From the IMG/VR virus record IMGVR_UViG_3300037423_001503: a stretch of DNA of 64,000 nt; one strand, written 5' to 3'. This document shows, piece after piece, positions 9,727 to 20,064 of the stretch (the first letter of the stretch is position 1; each line of letters starts with the position of its first letter). The notes below the pieces were generated by a model. It had not been told where the DNA came from, searched no databases, and saw only the letters and a program-made list of their open reading frames with translations. The DNA comes from a virus. Both the position numbers and the translations under genes were made by a program.

Positions 9727-9893
9727 TCGTCGTCCCCATCGCCGGGCGGCTTCAAGAAAACCGGCAACCCCATCATTGCCCCGAACAGAAGAATCAGTGT
9801 CGGTCGTTCCTGGCCCGAGAATGTCTCGTGCATGAATCCCGTCATTCCGCCCAGGAACAGCATCACGTCTCGCAGCACTGGCCATCTGTTCAT
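9723..9893 (-). CDS. 56-aa two-TM membrane protein (not in the ORF track)
   Basis: Hand translation: MNRWPVLRDVMLFLGGMTGFMHETFSGQERPTLILLFGAMMGLPVFLKPPGDGDDE. Confidence 0.6.
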   Translation of the reverse strand: MNRWPVLRDVMLFLGGMTGFMHETFSGQERPTLILLFGAMMGLPVFLKPPGDGDDE

Positions 9894-10004
9894 GTCTCAT
9901 AGGTCGCGTATTCGGCGGGTCGGTCGAGGTCCGTCACAAGGCCTAAATAGTATCAGCGAGGTCGGCACCAAGACCTTCGGTCCAGTAATTAGGAAAGGAA
10001 TCCA

Positions 10005-10358
10005 ATGGCAGCAAGTTCGTCGACGCGTCCGTCCACGATCACGTACACCTATCACGACCCTTCGCGCACCTTCGACGGTACGCCTTACGAGGCCGCCGGT
10101 CTGGCGATCGACCAGGCCAGTGCGGTCGCAAAGCTCTTCCAACGAGCGCTTCGCGACACAGCAATCCAGGTCCGCAACGCGCATCTACAGCGCGATCTCG
10201 ACCTTGGTGACGCGCCTAACGCAGAGGCTTGGGAGACATCAGCACAGAAGCGGCTCTTGGACTCGTTCTCCTCTCAGACCTCTGAGATCCAAGCGCGGAT
10301 GAAGCTTCTCCGCCGCGCCGCCGCCTACGACCCAAAGAATCCGCCGAAGGAGTTGTGA
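10005..10358 (+). CDS. Hypothetical protein
   Basis: GAAAGGA SD. Confidence 0.65.
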   Translation: MAASSSTRPSTITYTYHDPSRTFDGTPYEAAGLAIDQASAVAKLFQRALRDTAIQVRNAHLQRDLDLGDAPNAEAWETSAQKRLLDSFSSQTSEIQARMKLLRRAAAYDPKNPPKEL

Positions 10359-10514
10359 TGGAACACCGCGATACCGTAAAGACCGAGATCTACAACGCCA
10401 GCAGAGAGATCTACGACGGTAACGATTCGGCCGGCGCGGGCTACGGGCTCGTAGCGCTCGCCTACGCCGTCTATGGTGGAGCGCGAGTGATTGCCGACGC
10501 CCTGAGGGAGCGCC

Positions 10515-10808
10515 ATGGGGTGGCTGAGCGATAACGCACCGCGGCTTGCGCGAGCGCACGATGAGTTCTCTCGACTCTACGATGCCGAATATCGAGAGCG
10601 ACTACAACTCATCGACTCCATTCAGCGACTTGAAGCGCTGGTCGCGCATCGTGACCTAGAGCTTCTTCGCGCTGGAGCGCGACGCCATAAGTCGCCTAAG
10701 GACGCTGCCCGCCATCTCTCTCGTAGACAGGCAAAGCTCGACAGCGCTTCTAGCGCGCTGAAGCGGCACAACAAGCGCTTGAAGGAACTCGACGCTTGGA
10801 GACGCTGA
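10515..10808 (+). CDS. Hypothetical coiled-coil protein
   Basis: GAGGGAG SD. Confidence 0.55.
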   Translation: MGWLSDNAPRLARAHDEFSRLYDAEYRERLQLIDSIQRLEALVAHRDLELLRAGARRHKSPKDAARHLSRRQAKLDSASSALKRHNKRLKELDAWRR

Positions 10809-11125
10809 ACTACGCCGGCATCCCAATCGTGACGAGCCGCCTTGTCGAGCCAGGCAAGATGATGCTCTTCAACGGGCGTGTCGTCATGCGCCCAGTTGAC
10901 TGGCTGTACGTTCTGCATCCGTACTCGCCTGTGTGGTGCGCACGCACGCTTGGGCATCGCGAGATGGATCGCGATCGTCGCCTCCGACGTCGGGGTTGAC
11001 TATCTGCTAGTCTTGTGGTAGGCCGCTGACCGAGGCAAAGGTCGGGTTGGGGGACATTGACCCTTCGGGCGTCCCGTGTAGGTACGGCGGCCAATCACAT
11101 CCGAACTACCAGGGAGACAAACCCT

Positions 11126-11461
11126 TTGACACCTGTACTATCGGAGTTGACCCGCGGTCAGCGCTCCGTACTCCGCGCCTTCTACGAATTCGGTCCCATG
11201 GACGACACGGCGCTCACAGTGTATGTACATCACGTCGCCGAGCAGTCGATGTCGAGTTCTGGCATCCGCACTCGCCGAGCAGAACTAACGCGCACAACGC
11301 CGCCGCTGCTTCAGGCTGTTGATACGAAGCGCCTCAAGAGCGGCCGTCGGGCGGCGATTCATGCGCTGACTCCGACCGGCCAGATTCTTGCGTCGCAGTC
11401 ATTGTCCGGCGACAGCATCGGCCCGGCACCGGTTCGTCATCTGCGCCTCGTAGTTGCATGA
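11126..11461 (+). CDS. Winged-helix DNA-binding protein
   Basis: LTRGQRSVL...MSSSGIRTRRAEL...SGRRAAIHALTPTG; start placed at TTG after GGGAG. Confidence 0.6.
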   Translation: MTPVLSELTRGQRSVLRAFYEFGPMDDTALTVYVHHVAEQSMSSSGIRTRRAELTRTTPPLLQAVDTKRLKSGRRAAIHALTPTGQILASQSLSGDSIGPAPVRHLRLVVA

Positions 11462-11656
11462 TGAATCTGCTCATCTACCCGGCCGACGAAGCGCCGGAAG
11501 CTCCTATTGAGATCATGAACGTTGACCGCGTCTCATTGATCGACAACCAGTCGCATGGCGCTGGATCTACGTTCGGGATCAACAACAGCCTCACGGGGCG
11601 ACTTGTGTGGATCTCGTCGCCGAACGTCGCCGCTGTCGTTGTAGACGTCGTCTAGG

Positions 11657-12127
11657 TTGTCTGCCAACAACGGTGAACTCGTTCGCGAGTTCCACCGCTA
11701 TTTCGGACTGCCTGTGCGCGATGAGTTCACGGAGATCTCGTCCGACGAGATCGACTTCCGATTGAATCTGCTCACCGAGGAGTACCTCGAAGTGATGGAG
11801 GCCTTTGGTCGACCAGTGACAGTCGAGCGCGCGCCGTACGACACTGATCCAGACTTCGTTGAGGGTTACAAGGAACTCTCCGATCTCGAATACGTCCTGC
11901 ACGGCTTCGATATGCACCTCGGTCAAAAGCTCGACGAGGTCTTCGCTGAAACGCATCGCTCTAACATGAGCAAGCTCTGGAAGTGCGAGTGTGGTGTCGA
12001 GGACAGCACTTGTCAGCAGTGTAACGGAACAGGCGAGTATGTCAAGCGACGTGAGGACGGGAAGGTACTAAAGCCTCCGACGTATTCACGCGCTCATATC
12101 GCACCAATCCTCTCCAAGGAATCTTAG
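11657..12127 (+). CDS. MazG/HisE-like NTP pyrophosphohydrolase with a Cys-rich insert
   Basis: LVREFH...LLTEEYLE...KELSDLEYV...HRSNMSK...REDGKVLKP; CEC...CQQC insert. Confidence 0.8.
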   Translation: MSANNGELVREFHRYFGLPVRDEFTEISSDEIDFRLNLLTEEYLEVMEAFGRPVTVERAPYDTDPDFVEGYKELSDLEYVLHGFDMHLGQKLDEVFAETHRSNMSKLWKCECGVEDSTCQQCNGTGEYVKRREDGKVLKPPTYSRAHIAPILSKES

Positions 12128-12574
12128 ATGGGACGAATCAAGAAGATCTTCATGCAGGGCGGCGACAACGAGGGCGAGGAGCGTGAACTCGACCTGGACG
12201 AGTTCTACACCTCTGCCTGGAACGCGGTACCTGAAGACCTCAAGGCCGAAGGCATCGCTGTCTTGCGCCGAGAGATCAAGGACCCAACGTTCTTTCACTC
12301 GATCAGCGAGGGCGTCCGCAAGTACGGCCTCCATGAATGGGACCGACACCCTCCGTTCTCTGTACCGGTCGACGTCGGTAACGGCGAGACCATCACGTAC
12401 CCGTGGCACATGAGCGGCGGTATGGGTATCCGCAATCTGCTCCGCCAGGGCGGCGTCACCGACGACCGGCTGCCCGACAACGCAACCGACTCCTACTACG
12501 GCGAGGGCACGAACGTCAAGAACCTCGACGACTACTACATCCAGTGGCTTGAGGCCGCCGTGGGGGCTCGATGA
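12128..12574 (+). CDS. Hypothetical protein
   Basis: AAGGA SD; 148 aa. Confidence 0.6.
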   Translation: MGRIKKIFMQGGDNEGEERELDLDEFYTSAWNAVPEDLKAEGIAVLRREIKDPTFFHSISEGVRKYGLHEWDRHPPFSVPVDVGNGETITYPWHMSGGMGIRNLLRQGGVTDDRLPDNATDSYYGEGTNVKNLDDYYIQWLEAAVGAR

Positions 12575-13203
12575 GGAGAGAGGAAGCAGAGCGCCTGAAG
12601 GATCAACTCCTACGCGACATGCGCCGCCCAAGTGGCACACTACGCGTCGGCTTCCACGCCGGCCCCGGCACCGGCAAGTCGACTACATCTGCGCTCGTCT
12701 TCGGCGCGCTCAAGCAGCGCGGGCGCAACGTCGAGATGTCACACGAGTACGCGAAGGACTTGACGTGGGAGCAGCGCTCAGCAGCGCTCTCCTATCAGCC
12801 CTACATTGTGGCGAAGCAGATGTGGCGAGAGCGCCGACTAGATGGCCAGGTTGAGGCGATCCTCACCGACACCTCGACGCTGTACTCGTTCATCTACGGC
12901 ACAGAAGAGAACGGCGTTACGCCTGCGTTCAAGTCCTGGGTGCTAAGCGAGTACTTCAATGTGCCGCGGCTGGACTTCTTCCTGCTTCGCGACCACGAGC
13001 GCCCCTACAACGAGAAGGGGCGCAACCAGACTCGCGAAGAGGCCGAGGCTTTGGATAAGCCGTTGCGCGACGTGCTCATCGACAACGGCGTCGTCCACGA
13101 TCTAGTTGCCGTCGATGCGAAGGGCAACTCGCATATCGACTACATCGTCGGGCGCATCGAGACAGCGCTGGCGCTTCAACAGGAACCGACAGCGCATGCC
13201 TAA
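12571..13203 (+). CDS. NadR-like P-loop kinase/ATPase (AAA_28)
   Basis: GPGTGKST, EYAKDLTWE, ILTDTS, GRNQT. Confidence 0.75.
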   Translation: MRREEAERLKDQLLRDMRRPSGTLRVGFHAGPGTGKSTTSALVFGALKQRGRNVEMSHEYAKDLTWEQRSAALSYQPYIVAKQMWRERRLDGQVEAILTDTSTLYSFIYGTEENGVTPAFKSWVLSEYFNVPRLDFFLLRDHERPYNEKGRNQTREEAEALDKPLRDVLIDNGVVHDLVAVDAKGNSHIDYIVGRIETALALQQEPTAHA

Positions 13204-15166
13204 GCTCTCGCACGGCGAGGACCAACTAGAACTCTCCCTGACCGGCGCAGAGGATTTCCAGGCCGCGCTGGCCGCGGTCAAGGCCATCCCGGGCCGCCGC
13301 TTTGACGGCGACCGCAAGCTGTGGTGCTTCCCTGAGGATCCGGCGATTGCTGAGCGCCTCATGGTGACGGTGAAGCCAGAGCTTTCGCCTGACCTCTTGG
13401 GCTGGATCAAGGCGTCCAAGAAGAACAGCCAGAAGGAACTCGTCACCCCACTGCCCGACGATGCCGATCTCATCGTCCCCTGGGCGAAGCAGCGCGTGCA
13501 CTGGCAGCCCGAGTTCGTCGGCCCGAAGTCCGATCCTGTCGAGTTCAAGGGTCTCTACGCCTTCCAGCGCGCCTTCGCCGACTTCGCGGCCGGTAAGACC
13601 GGCAACGACGCCGCGCTCCTGTTGGCTGACGACATGGGGCTAGGCAAGTGCGGCCAGTCATCGTCGGCGATCGTCGAGTGGATGATGCGCAGCGCTGGAC
13701 TCTACGACATGCTCGCCAACAACCCCAACGGCGTTCCCGTCGAAGGCCTCTCATGCGCGGCGGATATGTTGAAGTGGGCCGCGGTCGAGGACGGACCGAA
13801 GCTCATCATCTCGCCGGCCTCGGTGAAGGGAACCTGGGGCCGCGAGCTTCGCATGTGGCTCGGTCAGGCTGAGCCCATTTTCGTCATCGACGGCGCGGCG
13901 ACGCCAAAGCGCCGCAACGCGCAGCTTCTCGACGCCATCAACAACTCCGGTTGGGCGGTCATCAACTGGGAACAGCTTCGAGTCAAGCGTGAGATCCGTA
14001 AGGTCCGCACTCGCATGATGCACGCCATCACGGGCGAGTTCTTGGGCTGGAAGGAAAAGGACAAGGAGGTCACGGTTCTCCGTGAGCCGCTGTTTGAGGA
14101 GACTCCTTGGGTAGCGGCCGTCGCCGACGAGGCGCACCGGGCGAAGAACCGTAAGGCGCTTACAACGCAGGGACTGTGGCGTGTCAGCGCTGGCTTCAAG
14201 ATGGCCTTGACGGGAACTCCGCTGATGAATTCGCCGGACGAGTTGTGGTCGATCCTGCGCTGGCTGTATCCGGAGGAGTACACCTCGTACTGGCGATTCT
14301 TCGATCAGTACGTTGACTTCTACGAGGGCCAGTACGGGAAGATCATCACTGGCGTCAAGAACGCCGACGCGTTGCGGTTCGAGCTTTCGACTCGCTTGGT
14401 CCGCCGCACCAAGGATGAGGTGCTGGATCAGCTTCCCGAGAAGACGCGTGAGTTCGTTCCGATCACGCTCAATAAGAAGCAGCGCAAGCTCTACGACGAG
14501 GCCGAGAAGCAGCTTTGGTTTGAGGTCGAGCAGGCAATCAAGGACGGTGATCGATCTGCGCTGAAGTTCGCTAAGGAGGTCTCAGCGAACCCGGCCGCCG
14601 TCTATACGGTTCCGAATGGTGCGGCGCGTATCGTGCGGCTGCGCCAGATTGCTTCCACGCCGGCCCTGTTGGGCGGCGAGGATGACTCGGCCAAGCTCGA
14701 CGCTGCTGTCGAGACCATCACCGACAACATCGGCTCGCAGTTCGTGGTATTCTCAGAGTTCGTCGATACCTGCCACATCCTTGTCGAGCGTCTACGTCGG
14801 CTGGGTGTCTCAGCAGAGGCCTTTACTGGTCAGTCTGATTCCGAGGATCGAACTCGGATGGAGAACGACTTCCAGGCGGGCGAGATCGACGTCCTCGTCG
14901 GAACGATCGGCGCGATGAAGGAGGGCATTACCCTCACCGCGGCCAGCAACATGATCTTCCTTGAGCGTCATTGGACGCCGGCTGTGAACGAACAGTGCGA
15001 GGATCGTTGCCACCGTAACGGCCAGAAGAATGCCGTGACGATCCTGATCTTCGAGGCCGAGGACACGGTCGATGCTCAGAAGATCTCACCAACAAACGCA
15101 ATCAAGTCGCTCATCGTTTCCTCGGTCATCGCCAAGGACGACGTCGCAGAGCGGAGGAGGAAGTAA
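13196..15166 (+). CDS. SNF2-family helicase with an N-terminal HARP-like domain
   Basis: LADDMGLGK, DEAH, LTGTP, EGITLT, QCEDRCHRNGQ; start moved to ATG 13196. Confidence 0.9.
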   Translation: MPKLSHGEDQLELSLTGAEDFQAALAAVKAIPGRRFDGDRKLWCFPEDPAIAERLMVTVKPELSPDLLGWIKASKKNSQKELVTPLPDDADLIVPWAKQRVHWQPEFVGPKSDPVEFKGLYAFQRAFADFAAGKTGNDAALLLADDMGLGKCGQSSSAIVEWMMRSAGLYDMLANNPNGVPVEGLSCAADMLKWAAVEDGPKLIISPASVKGTWGRELRMWLGQAEPIFVIDGAATPKRRNAQLLDAINNSGWAVINWEQLRVKREIRKVRTRMMHAITGEFLGWKEKDKEVTVLREPLFEETPWVAAVADEAHRAKNRKALTTQGLWRVSAGFKMALTGTPLMNSPDELWSILRWLYPEEYTSYWRFFDQYVDFYEGQYGKIITGVKNADALRFELSTRLVRRTKDEVLDQLPEKTREFVPITLNKKQRKLYDEAEKQLWFEVEQAIKDGDRSALKFAKEVSANPAAVYTVPNGAARIVRLRQIASTPALLGGEDDSAKLDAAVETITDNIGSQFVVFSEFVDTCHILVERLRRLGVSAEAFTGQSDSEDRTRMENDFQAGEIDVLVGTIGAMKEGITLTAASNMIFLERHWTPAVNEQCEDRCHRNGQKNAVTILIFEAEDTVDAQKISPTNAIKSLIVSSVIAKDDVAERRRK

Positions 15167-15405
15167 TGTCGTTCTTTGACGACGAAGATCACGACGAGGG
15201 CCTTGACGAGCCAGCGCCGGGAACTGGCGCAGCGTGGGCGGCTGCACTCTTCATGATGACGAACCTTGCGCTAAGCCTATTGGGTGGGCTCGTCTTCTCA
15301 GTGACCGTAAACGCACTACCGACGGGACTTGACCATGTGTCGTTCCGCCAGGCCACCGCGGCGGCGATTTTCCTGCGGATGGCCGCAATCGTCGTTCGGG
15401 CATAG
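15166..15405 (+). CDS. Membrane protein
   Basis: Acidic N-terminus and two hydrophobic segments. Confidence 0.55.
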   Translation: MSFFDDEDHDEGLDEPAPGTGAAWAAALFMMTNLALSLLGGLVFSVTVNALPTGLDHVSFRQATAAAIFLRMAAIVVRA

Positions 15406-15413
15406 GAGTATGG

Positions 15414-15833
15414 ATGTCTGACCTATCAGCACTAGAGAGCAAGTTTCGCCGACTCGCAGAGCTTCGCGAGCAGCGCGACATCGATAAGAAGACCGCCGAG
15501 AACTCCGAGTCCGAGTATCGAACCTACGAGGCTGAGTTGTTTGAGGCGATCGAAGAGTCTGCCCTCAGGGGGACGGTTGAATTCGATTTCGGCGGCGACC
15601 TCGGAAAGATTCGCTTCCAGCCGCGCCGCACAATCTACGGACGAGTCATCGATAAGGCAGCGGCGTTGGAGGCCTTCGAGGCCGACGCCATCGCCGAGGA
15701 GATGACGTCACCGAAGATCGAAGCCAGACGGCTCAACGAATACGTTCGTGATCGCATCGAGAACGGCCAGAATCTGCCTGACGGTGTCGACTACTACGAA
15801 CGCCGATTCTTCACAATCTCGCGAAAGGGATAA
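15414..15833 (+). CDS. Replication-module protein, coiled-coil N-terminus
   Basis: AGGAG SD; LPDGV C-terminal motif; lies next to the SSB-like gene. Confidence 0.6.
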   Translation: MSDLSALESKFRRLAELREQRDIDKKTAENSESEYRTYEAELFEAIEESALRGTVEFDFGGDLGKIRFQPRRTIYGRVIDKAAALEAFEADAIAEEMTSPKIEARRLNEYVRDRIENGQNLPDGVDYYERRFFTISRKG

Positions 15834-15932
15834 GTACCACTTCACAGGCATATGACGCGCACATCGTCAGCATTTGACAGCCCTTTCTGATACACTTCAT
15901 CTACTAACCCAACGAGGAGTTTTTACAACCGC

Positions 15933-16724
15933 ATGGCAACAAAGTCGCAGGAACTAGAGGTAATCGAGGAGTCCGCGGAGCTAGACGTGATCTCCGATGA
16001 TGAAGCGGCACTCATCGCGGCCAACCAGGCCGACGTCGATGCCTCTGAGTTCGTCATCCCGATCGTCAAGCTCGCGCAGCCGCTGACCGACGAGGTCACC
16101 TCTGGTAACGCCAAGGCCGGCGAGTTCATCCTCGGCCTTACCGGTGAGTCGTTCGCAGCGCCGGTCGAGTTCGTCGTCGCCGGCAAGGGCAAGGGCCGGT
16201 TCAAGCCGGGCCGAGACGGTGAGCGCACGCTCGTCGCCTACGACACCCCAACCGTGCCTTGGAAGGATGACCCCTTCTACGGACAGCCGTTCACTGAGCA
16301 CCCCGACGCCGAGGAGAAGTTCAAGGCTCGCGTCGACGCCGGTGAGATCGAGTGGGGTCACGGCCCGACGATCCAGACGACGTTCAACTACACCGGCTAC
16401 ATCGTCGGCTCTGACGTACCTGTGCGTCTCAGCCTCCGCCGCACCTCTGCTCCGGCAGCGCGTAAGTGGAACACGCTCCTCGACGCGGTCCTCCGTGGCC
16501 GTTACTGGGATCAGGTCTTCACGGTCGGCTCTGAGCAGCAGAAGAACAACAAGGGCGCGTACTACGTCGTGACGGTTCAGCCGTCGCGCAAGACCTCGCC
16601 CGAGGAGAAGAAGGCCGCCATTCAGTTGGCGACCGCGCTGCGCAACCAGTCCGTCACCACGGTTGGCGAGACCGACGACGCACCTACGTCCGCGCCGGAC
16701 GCTAACGGCGGCATCGAGCTTTAG
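15933..16724 (+). CDS. Putative single-stranded DNA-binding protein
   Basis: IPIVKLAQ...AKAGEF N-terminus, NNKGAYYV, acidic tail; sits between helicase and primase. Confidence 0.6.
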   Translation: MATKSQELEVIEESAELDVISDDEAALIAANQADVDASEFVIPIVKLAQPLTDEVTSGNAKAGEFILGLTGESFAAPVEFVVAGKGKGRFKPGRDGERTLVAYDTPTVPWKDDPFYGQPFTEHPDAEEKFKARVDAGEIEWGHGPTIQTTFNYTGYIVGSDVPVRLSLRRTSAPAARKWNTLLDAVLRGRYWDQVFTVGSEQQKNNKGAYYVVTVQPSRKTSPEEKKAAIQLATALRNQSVTTVGETDDAPTSAPDANGGIEL

Positions 16725-16750
16725 CTCGAACACAGCACCCCACGCTGTCC

Positions 16751-16793
16751 TCCCGCGACCCGGACCGAGCCAAGCGCTCGGCCGGGATCGCGG
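16751..16793 (+). terminator. GC-rich hairpin, probable terminator or processing site
   Basis: ccgcgacccggaccgagc / gctcggccgggatcgcgg imperfect inverted repeat. Confidence 0.45.
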
Positions 16794-16831
16794 CAAGTCT
16801 TTGAAGTACCTCCAAGAGAGGAGGATCATTG

Positions 16832-17797
16832 ATGCCTGAAGCCAATCCATTCGTCGGCCGGTTCATGAAGCTCTTCGACGGCCTCGACGACGCCTACGGC
16901 ACAGGCCGCGGCCAGTGGGTTCGCGAACAGCCTAAGCGGGCGCAGTTCTCAGAACATCTCGCCGGCCGCGGACCAGGCCTAGGAATCGGTCCGCTGCGTC
17001 GCGACGGCACGGTTGTCTTCGCCGCCGTCGATCTCGACGAGCCCGACTTCGACACCGCCCAGGCCATCGCAGCGCTGCTTCCAGGAACGCAGTTCATCGA
17101 ACGTAGCCGTTCCGGCAATGCGCACATCTTCACGTTCTTCTCGGCACCGATCGAGGGCTGGATCGCAAGAGGGTTGATGCGCGAGGCCTGCGCCGCGCTC
17201 AAGAAGAAGTTTGTTGAGGTGTTTCCGAAGCAGGATCGCCTCCGCGACGACATGCTTGGCAACTACCTCAACTTGCCCTATTACGGTAACGACCGGCCGG
17301 TAGTTGGTGTCTCAGTCGGCACTGGCGGTCATCTCGATCTTGACCATCCGTTGACGCTAGACGAGTTCATTGAACGCGCAGAGGGGACACTCAACGACCC
17401 TCAGGATTGGGTCAAGCGCGCTCGTTGGCTGGGCGTTCCATCACCTGAGGAGCGCGCCTCTGAGGGGCGCGAGTTCGGCACCTCACAGACGCTCCACATG
17501 TGCTGTGAGTATGTGATCGCCAACCGCGACGAGAACCCCATCGTCGATGGCCATCGAGCGGTTGTCTACTTCGCGCTGGCTAAGCAACTCGCTAACTGTG
17601 AGTTGTACTCAGAGGACGAGGCTGTTGACCTGTTGGTGTTGATCAACGATTCGTCACCTGATCCGGTCTCAGAATCTGAGCTTCGACACATGTATCGCAA
17701 CGCCGTGCGGGGCCAATATACGTCGACCGGCTGCGATGATCCTCTCTTCCAGCCTTACGCACATCCAGAATGCCCCATCTCAAATGGAGGAAAGTAA
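16832..17797 (+). CDS. AEP-superfamily primase with a C-terminal PriCT/PriL-like domain
   Basis: DLD, RSRSGNAH, GNYLNLPY; C-terminal Cys cluster. Confidence 0.8.
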   Translation: MPEANPFVGRFMKLFDGLDDAYGTGRGQWVREQPKRAQFSEHLAGRGPGLGIGPLRRDGTVVFAAVDLDEPDFDTAQAIAALLPGTQFIERSRSGNAHIFTFFSAPIEGWIARGLMREACAALKKKFVEVFPKQDRLRDDMLGNYLNLPYYGNDRPVVGVSVGTGGHLDLDHPLTLDEFIERAEGTLNDPQDWVKRARWLGVPSPEERASEGREFGTSQTLHMCCEYVIANRDENPIVDGHRAVVYFALAKQLANCELYSEDEAVDLLVLINDSSPDPVSESELRHMYRNAVRGQYTSTGCDDPLFQPYAHPECPISNGGK

Positions 17798-18367
17798 ATG
17801 GGCTGCTCAGCCACAGCAAAGCTTCTCTTCGGTGTGCCGCTCGACCACGAGCAGCACCCGTTCGCTCGTTATAACGATGACTACGAGACGGTCGACAATC
17901 TAGGTAATCCTCTCACTGAGGAGGAGTACGATGCGCTCACCGACGATACCGATCTAGGTGAGTACCTGGCGACGCTCGCCGGCCACAAGAATCCGTGGAA
18001 GACATACCCGCCGTACCTGGAGCGCGACGAATACGGCCCGTACGATGAGTTCAAGACGTGGCTTGCGACGACTCCTGAGGGCAAGGAGCTTGACCGACTA
18101 ACCGATGCGTGGCGCGACCTAAGGCACCAGCTTGAGAACGCAGCGCCTGTTGAGATCGTCTACGCAGGCGACCTTCAGTACGGCAGCGCGCAGTATGTGA
18201 TTGCGCTGAAGGGTTATGAGAACAGCGTCGATTGGGGCGCTGAGAAGATCGACCTACCTGAGCGGCCGTCACAGGAAGAGATCGACACAGCGGTCGAGTT
18301 CTGTCGCGCAAACGCGCTGCCTGACTTCTTGGACGCCGGCTGGGTTCTGGCCGCACAGTACGGCTGA
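17798..18367 (+). CDS. Hypothetical acidic protein
   Basis: GGAGG SD; 189 aa. Confidence 0.6.
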   Translation: MGCSATAKLLFGVPLDHEQHPFARYNDDYETVDNLGNPLTEEEYDALTDDTDLGEYLATLAGHKNPWKTYPPYLERDEYGPYDEFKTWLATTPEGKELDRLTDAWRDLRHQLENAAPVEIVYAGDLQYGSAQYVIALKGYENSVDWGAEKIDLPERPSQEEIDTAVEFCRANALPDFLDAGWVLAAQYG

Positions 18368-18720
18368 TGGACTTCAACCCCAACAACCTCAACGCGCCTG
18401 AGGCTCCGATCTGGGCGACCTATGTTCCTGAGCGGCGGCCGAAGTTCAAGAGCCACACACAGAGAAGCCACGCGCTGGGCGCGTTTCAGTACCGGCGCAA
18501 CGTCATCCTCTACAAGTTCATCGACTCTGAGTGGGTCGAGGTCTACCGCATCGAAAATGGCCATGACGATGTCATGTCCTGCGACCGATGTGGAGGACAA
18601 CCAGAGTACGGGTACTGGCGCTCTGTGTGGGAACGCGGAGAAGACGGAAAGATCAAGGAACCACTTAGACGGCTAGCGCTTTGCAGTTGGGACTGCCAGC
18701 GCGCCGAGGAAGGTAAGTAG
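18367..18720 (+). CDS. Hypothetical Zn-ribbon protein
   Basis: CDRC...CSWDC. Confidence 0.6.
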   Translation: MDFNPNNLNAPEAPIWATYVPERRPKFKSHTQRSHALGAFQYRRNVILYKFIDSEWVEVYRIENGHDDVMSCDRCGGQPEYGYWRSVWERGEDGKIKEPLRRLALCSWDCQRAEEGK

Positions 18721-19904
18721 TGACGGACGTAAGGCTGACCGAGTTCGCACAGCTTCTCGCCACAGCCGACGAAGACGCCCGCGACGCGCTGATCTCGCGC
18801 GTCAAGTTGATGGCTATGCAGGCGGCGGCCCCAGAGGCATTCGAGCCGCCGATCACGCCGCTCGGCGAATATCTTGAGCGCGACATCCCGGTTCCGCCAA
18901 TTCTGGTTGAGCCGTGTCTGCTCGTCCGCGGCGGCATCATGTGCACCGTCGGTCGTGCCGGCAAGGGCAAGACGCAGGTCAACTTGAACCGCATCCTCAA
19001 GTGGGCTGCCGGGATGCCGTTGTTCCCCGACGTGAAGACCCCAAATGGGGTTCCGGTGCTCGCCCCGACGCAGCCGCTGAAGACCCTGATCATTGAGAAT
19101 GAGGGCGCTGCGGGCATGTTCCACAAGCAGATCAAGACCATGATGTACGCGGACGGCTACCTGACGCCGCCGCAGCGCGAGTTGGTGAAGGAGAACGTCC
19201 TCATCTGGGGCGACGGCGGCTACTCGGGGCTGAAGCTCGACGACCCCAACGCCCTCAACAGCGTCCGCGCCGGCTGCGAGAAGTGGGAACCGGACGTCGT
19301 CTTCATCGAGCCCTTCCGAGGGCTTTGGTCTGGTGATGAGAACTCATCAACCGACATGGCCACCGTGGCCGACGCCTTGTCTGGGATCGCGGCCGACTTC
19401 AACTGCGGCGTCATCCTGACGCACCACGAGAAGAAGGGTGGCGCAGGAAACGACGACGACAAGATGTCTGCGGCGCGAGGGTCGACGGTGCTCGAAGGTG
19501 TCGTCGCGACGATGGAGAACTTCGAGATCGCCAAGGGCGGCGATTACCGTGAGGTCTCCTACTCGAAGATCCGCTACAGCGGCGGCGAGAAGATCCTCCC
19601 AATCCGCATGGAGTGGCAGCACAAGGACTGGTGGTACCGGCACGTTCCGCTCGACGCAATCGAGCAGGCCGTTCTCGATGTCCTCGCCGAAAACGAGGAC
19701 CCGATGACGATCGGTGAGCTTGTCGCCGAGACCGATGAGAAGGAGCACAAGATCCGTAACATCATGAAGGCGTTGGTAGACCAAGGCAAGGTCAAGGCCA
19801 TGCCGAGCATCCAGCTAGGCGGCAACGGAACGACGGGCAAGCGGTATCGACTCGCAGTGCCGACCGGCGACGACACCGGCGCTGGCGCAGGAATGAGTTT
19901 CTGA
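18720..19904 (+). CDS. RecA/RepA-like SF4 helicase (AAA_25) with a C-terminal wHTH
   Basis: GRAGKGKT, ENE, VVFIEP, LTHHEKK, ARGS. Confidence 0.85.
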   Translation: MTDVRLTEFAQLLATADEDARDALISRVKLMAMQAAAPEAFEPPITPLGEYLERDIPVPPILVEPCLLVRGGIMCTVGRAGKGKTQVNLNRILKWAAGMPLFPDVKTPNGVPVLAPTQPLKTLIIENEGAAGMFHKQIKTMMYADGYLTPPQRELVKENVLIWGDGGYSGLKLDDPNALNSVRAGCEKWEPDVVFIEPFRGLWSGDENSSTDMATVADALSGIAADFNCGVILTHHEKKGGAGNDDDKMSAARGSTVLEGVVATMENFEIAKGGDYREVSYSKIRYSGGEKILPIRMEWQHKDWWYRHVPLDAIEQAVLDVLAENEDPMTIGELVAETDEKEHKIRNIMKALVDQGKVKAMPSIQLGGNGTTGKRYRLAVPTGDDTGAGAGMSF

Positions 19905-20064
19905 TGTTTGAGGCACGTGATGTGTACGAGCTTCAGCGCGATCTCGACCGCGAGATCATGGGCCACACGACGCTTCCGAGTTGGGACGAGTTGTCCTGGT
20001 CGGAGCAGGATGCGTGGCAGGTCAAGGCCGACGAGGTCAATGATAAGAACATGGAGGTCTCTCT

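Noticed and set aside
9697-10302. 201-aa + strand ORF
   Set aside because: Ser/Arg-rich and low-information; overlaps the better-supported 10005 gene and the antisense membrane genes
13106-13195. Track start of the SNF2 ORF
   Set aside because: It overlaps the upstream gene by ~100 nt; ATG 13196 has an AGGA SD and the usual short overlap
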